Positions 15,537 through 16,922 of a DNA stretch of 16,922 nucleotides are shown here, piece after piece; the stretch's first letter is position 1, and every line of letters starts with the position of its first letter. The notes beneath the pieces were generated by a model. It made no database searches, was not told the origin of the DNA, and was given only the letters and a program-made list of their open reading frames with translations. This DNA comes from an uncultured bacterium (lineage in GTDB: Bacteria; Schekmanbacteria; GWA2-38-11; J061). The position numbers and the translations under genes were made by a program. The stretch lies in assembly GCA_964549305.1 (NCBI GenBank), contig CAZJVM010000054.1, forward strand, positions 1 to 16,922, written 5' to 3'.

Positions 15537-15646
15537 ATGATTACCTCCGGATAAATTATTTCTACAGGAATTTTAACATTAATATTTTATATAGCCATAG
15601 ACAATGAAAAAAAGAAATAACGGGACCAAATTTTCATTGTTGACAT

Positions 15647-15670
15647 ATTTTTTCAGAATTCCGTAAAAAT
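15647..15670. promoter_or_regulatory. Palindromic candidate operator next to a TTGACA hexamer
   Basis: ATTTTTTCAGAA|TTCCGTAAAAAT is 10/12 symmetric and lies directly after TTGACA at 15640-15645, in the divergent intergenic region. Confidence 0.35.
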
Positions 15671-15731
15671 CTCACTTTATTAGCATTGCTTTTTTTTAGT
15701 CTAATTGATGCCACTTCTTTTGCAATACTAT

Positions 15732-15760
15732 TTGACAACCATCTAATTTGGTATGATATT
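15732..15760 (+). promoter_or_regulatory. Sigma70 promoter abutting the SBBP gene start
   Basis: TTGACA (15732-15737), 17-nt spacer, GATATT (15755-15760); also an extended -10 TG-G-TATGAT (15749-15757). Confidence 0.55.
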
Positions 15761-15767
15761 TAATATT

Positions 15768-16922
15768 ATGTCAGGAAGAAAGAGACAGCTATTTTTTATC
15801 ACCGCTCTAATTACTCTATTATTGCTTTTTTCAGCTTTATTTATCTATGAATCAAGTAATGATAAGTCATCGCTATCTTCTAAAAATGCGGATAATAAAA
15901 TAAGCAACAAAGGCGAAATCCTTTCCAAAACCGCAAAACTTCGCATTCCCTTTATCGAAAACACCGGACTTGTTGGAAACGATGATGTCAAATTCTACGC
16001 AAACACCTTTGCGGGGAATGTTTACATAACGAAGAACGGGGAAATTCTTTACTTATTCACGAAGAATTCATCTGAGAAGGCGGATTATGTTTCGGCAGGG
16101 TATTCACCTCAGGATAATAATGCTTCCGATTCTTCAATAATTTCAGAGCATCTTTCAGGTGCGAAAGTATGTATTGTCAAAGGCACTGAAAAATCACCGA
16201 CAAAGGTGAATTATTTTGTCGGAAGTAAAGAGAACTGGAAGACGGGGATTTCATCGTGGAATGAGGTTTCATACGGCGAAGTATATGACAATATAGAATT
16301 AAAACTTCACGCGTACGGCAAAAACATTGAGAAGGTTTTTACGGTAAACCCCGGGGGAAGAGTAGAGGATATCAGAGTTGTTATAGAAAACGCAGGCAAA
16401 CTCACAATTGATGACAGAGGAAAAATTGTTTCGGACTCATTGCCAAATATCGCTTTTACAAAACCCTATGCCTATCAGTTGATTGATGGTGAAAAAAAGG
16501 AAGTTGAAGCGGAGTATAAATTAAATGACAGCAGAATGTCATACGGTTTCAGTGTTTCGCCATACAACAAAAATTATCCTCTCATAATCGACCCTCTCCT
16601 TGCCTCGACTTTTATTGGCGGGAATATAAAAGGAGTATCTGATGATATAGCATATTCAATATCAAAAGATGCTGATGACAATATTTTTATTTGCGGTACA
16701 ACCGATTCTCTTGATTTCGCCCGTGATTCTAAAAACTACTACAAAGAAAATAAAGGGATAGGTACGGATGTTTTTGTGATGAAATTTAAAAACGGAAATC
16801 TGAATTCTTCACCTCAGGCAACACTTTTATTTGGAGGTGAAAAAACAGACATTGCTAAAGCTATATCATTGGATTATTCAGGAAATGTATTCATTGCAGG
16901 GACAACTGATTCAAATGATTTT
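15768..16922 (+). CDS. SBBP beta-propeller repeat cell-surface protein (5' part, runs off the window)
   Basis: Manual translation from ATG 15768 is open to the window end. Signal/anchor MSGRKRQLFFITALITLLLLFSALFIY; LRIPFIENTG...VKFYA, VNYFVG...W, VYDNIEL, F-x-V-x-PG, PYAYQ, YGF-x-V-x-x-Y-x-x-x-x-PLIIDP; then repeats STFIGG...DIAYSI..D..DNIFICGTTDSLDF and FGG..TDIAKAI..D.SGNVFIAGTTDSNDF. Confidence 0.9.
   Translation, partial: MSGRKRQLFFITALITLLLLFSALFIYESSNDKSSLSSKNADNKISNKGEILSKTAKLRIPFIENTGLVGNDDVKFYANTFAGNVYITKNGEILYLFTKNSSEKADYVSAGYSPQDNNASDSSIISEHLSGAKVCIVKGTEKSPTKVNYFVGSKENWKTGISSWNEVSYGEVYDNIELKLHAYGKNIEKVFTVNPGGRVEDIRVVIENAGKLTIDDRGKIVSDSLPNIAFTKPYAYQLIDGEKKEVEAEYKLNDSRMSYGFSVSPYNKNYPLIIDPLLASTFIGGNIKGVSDDIAYSISKDADDNIFICGTTDSLDFARDSKNYYKENKGIGTDVFVMKFKNGNLNSSPQATLLFGGEKTDIAKAISLDYSGNVFIAGTTDSNDF

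Overview
Low-GC bacterial chromosomal window from a diderm (it encodes an outer-membrane beta-barrel); the Fe-S gene content suggests an anaerobe or microaerophile. In order: the end of a probable IS (1-54); an etfB-etfA-fixC-fixX operon; a secreted protein with two tandem DUF1566/Lcl (C-type-lectin-fold) domains and a basic CARDB-like tail; a sigma54-driven FadL/OmpP1 porin followed by a small basic secreted protein; a cluster of GTCAT-hairpin-ATCCA palindromic repeats; a bifunctional PGI/PMI divergent from a PCP_red + sulfite-reductase-like ferredoxin protein; an Rv0958/Rv0959-like AAA+/vWA pair; a CDP-alcohol phosphatidyltransferase that appears to start at ATT; an aldehyde dehydrogenase; and the 5' part of an SBBP beta-propeller surface protein missed by the ORF track. 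The most striking signal is in the DUF1566 gene. Each domain ends in a 125-nt segment with nucleotide-identical flanks and a hypervariable core, as expected for two variable repeats of a diversity-generating retroelement. No template repeat or reverse transcriptase is visible in this window, so this is a candidate remote or relic DGR target. All family assignments come from motif recognition by eye; no searches were run.
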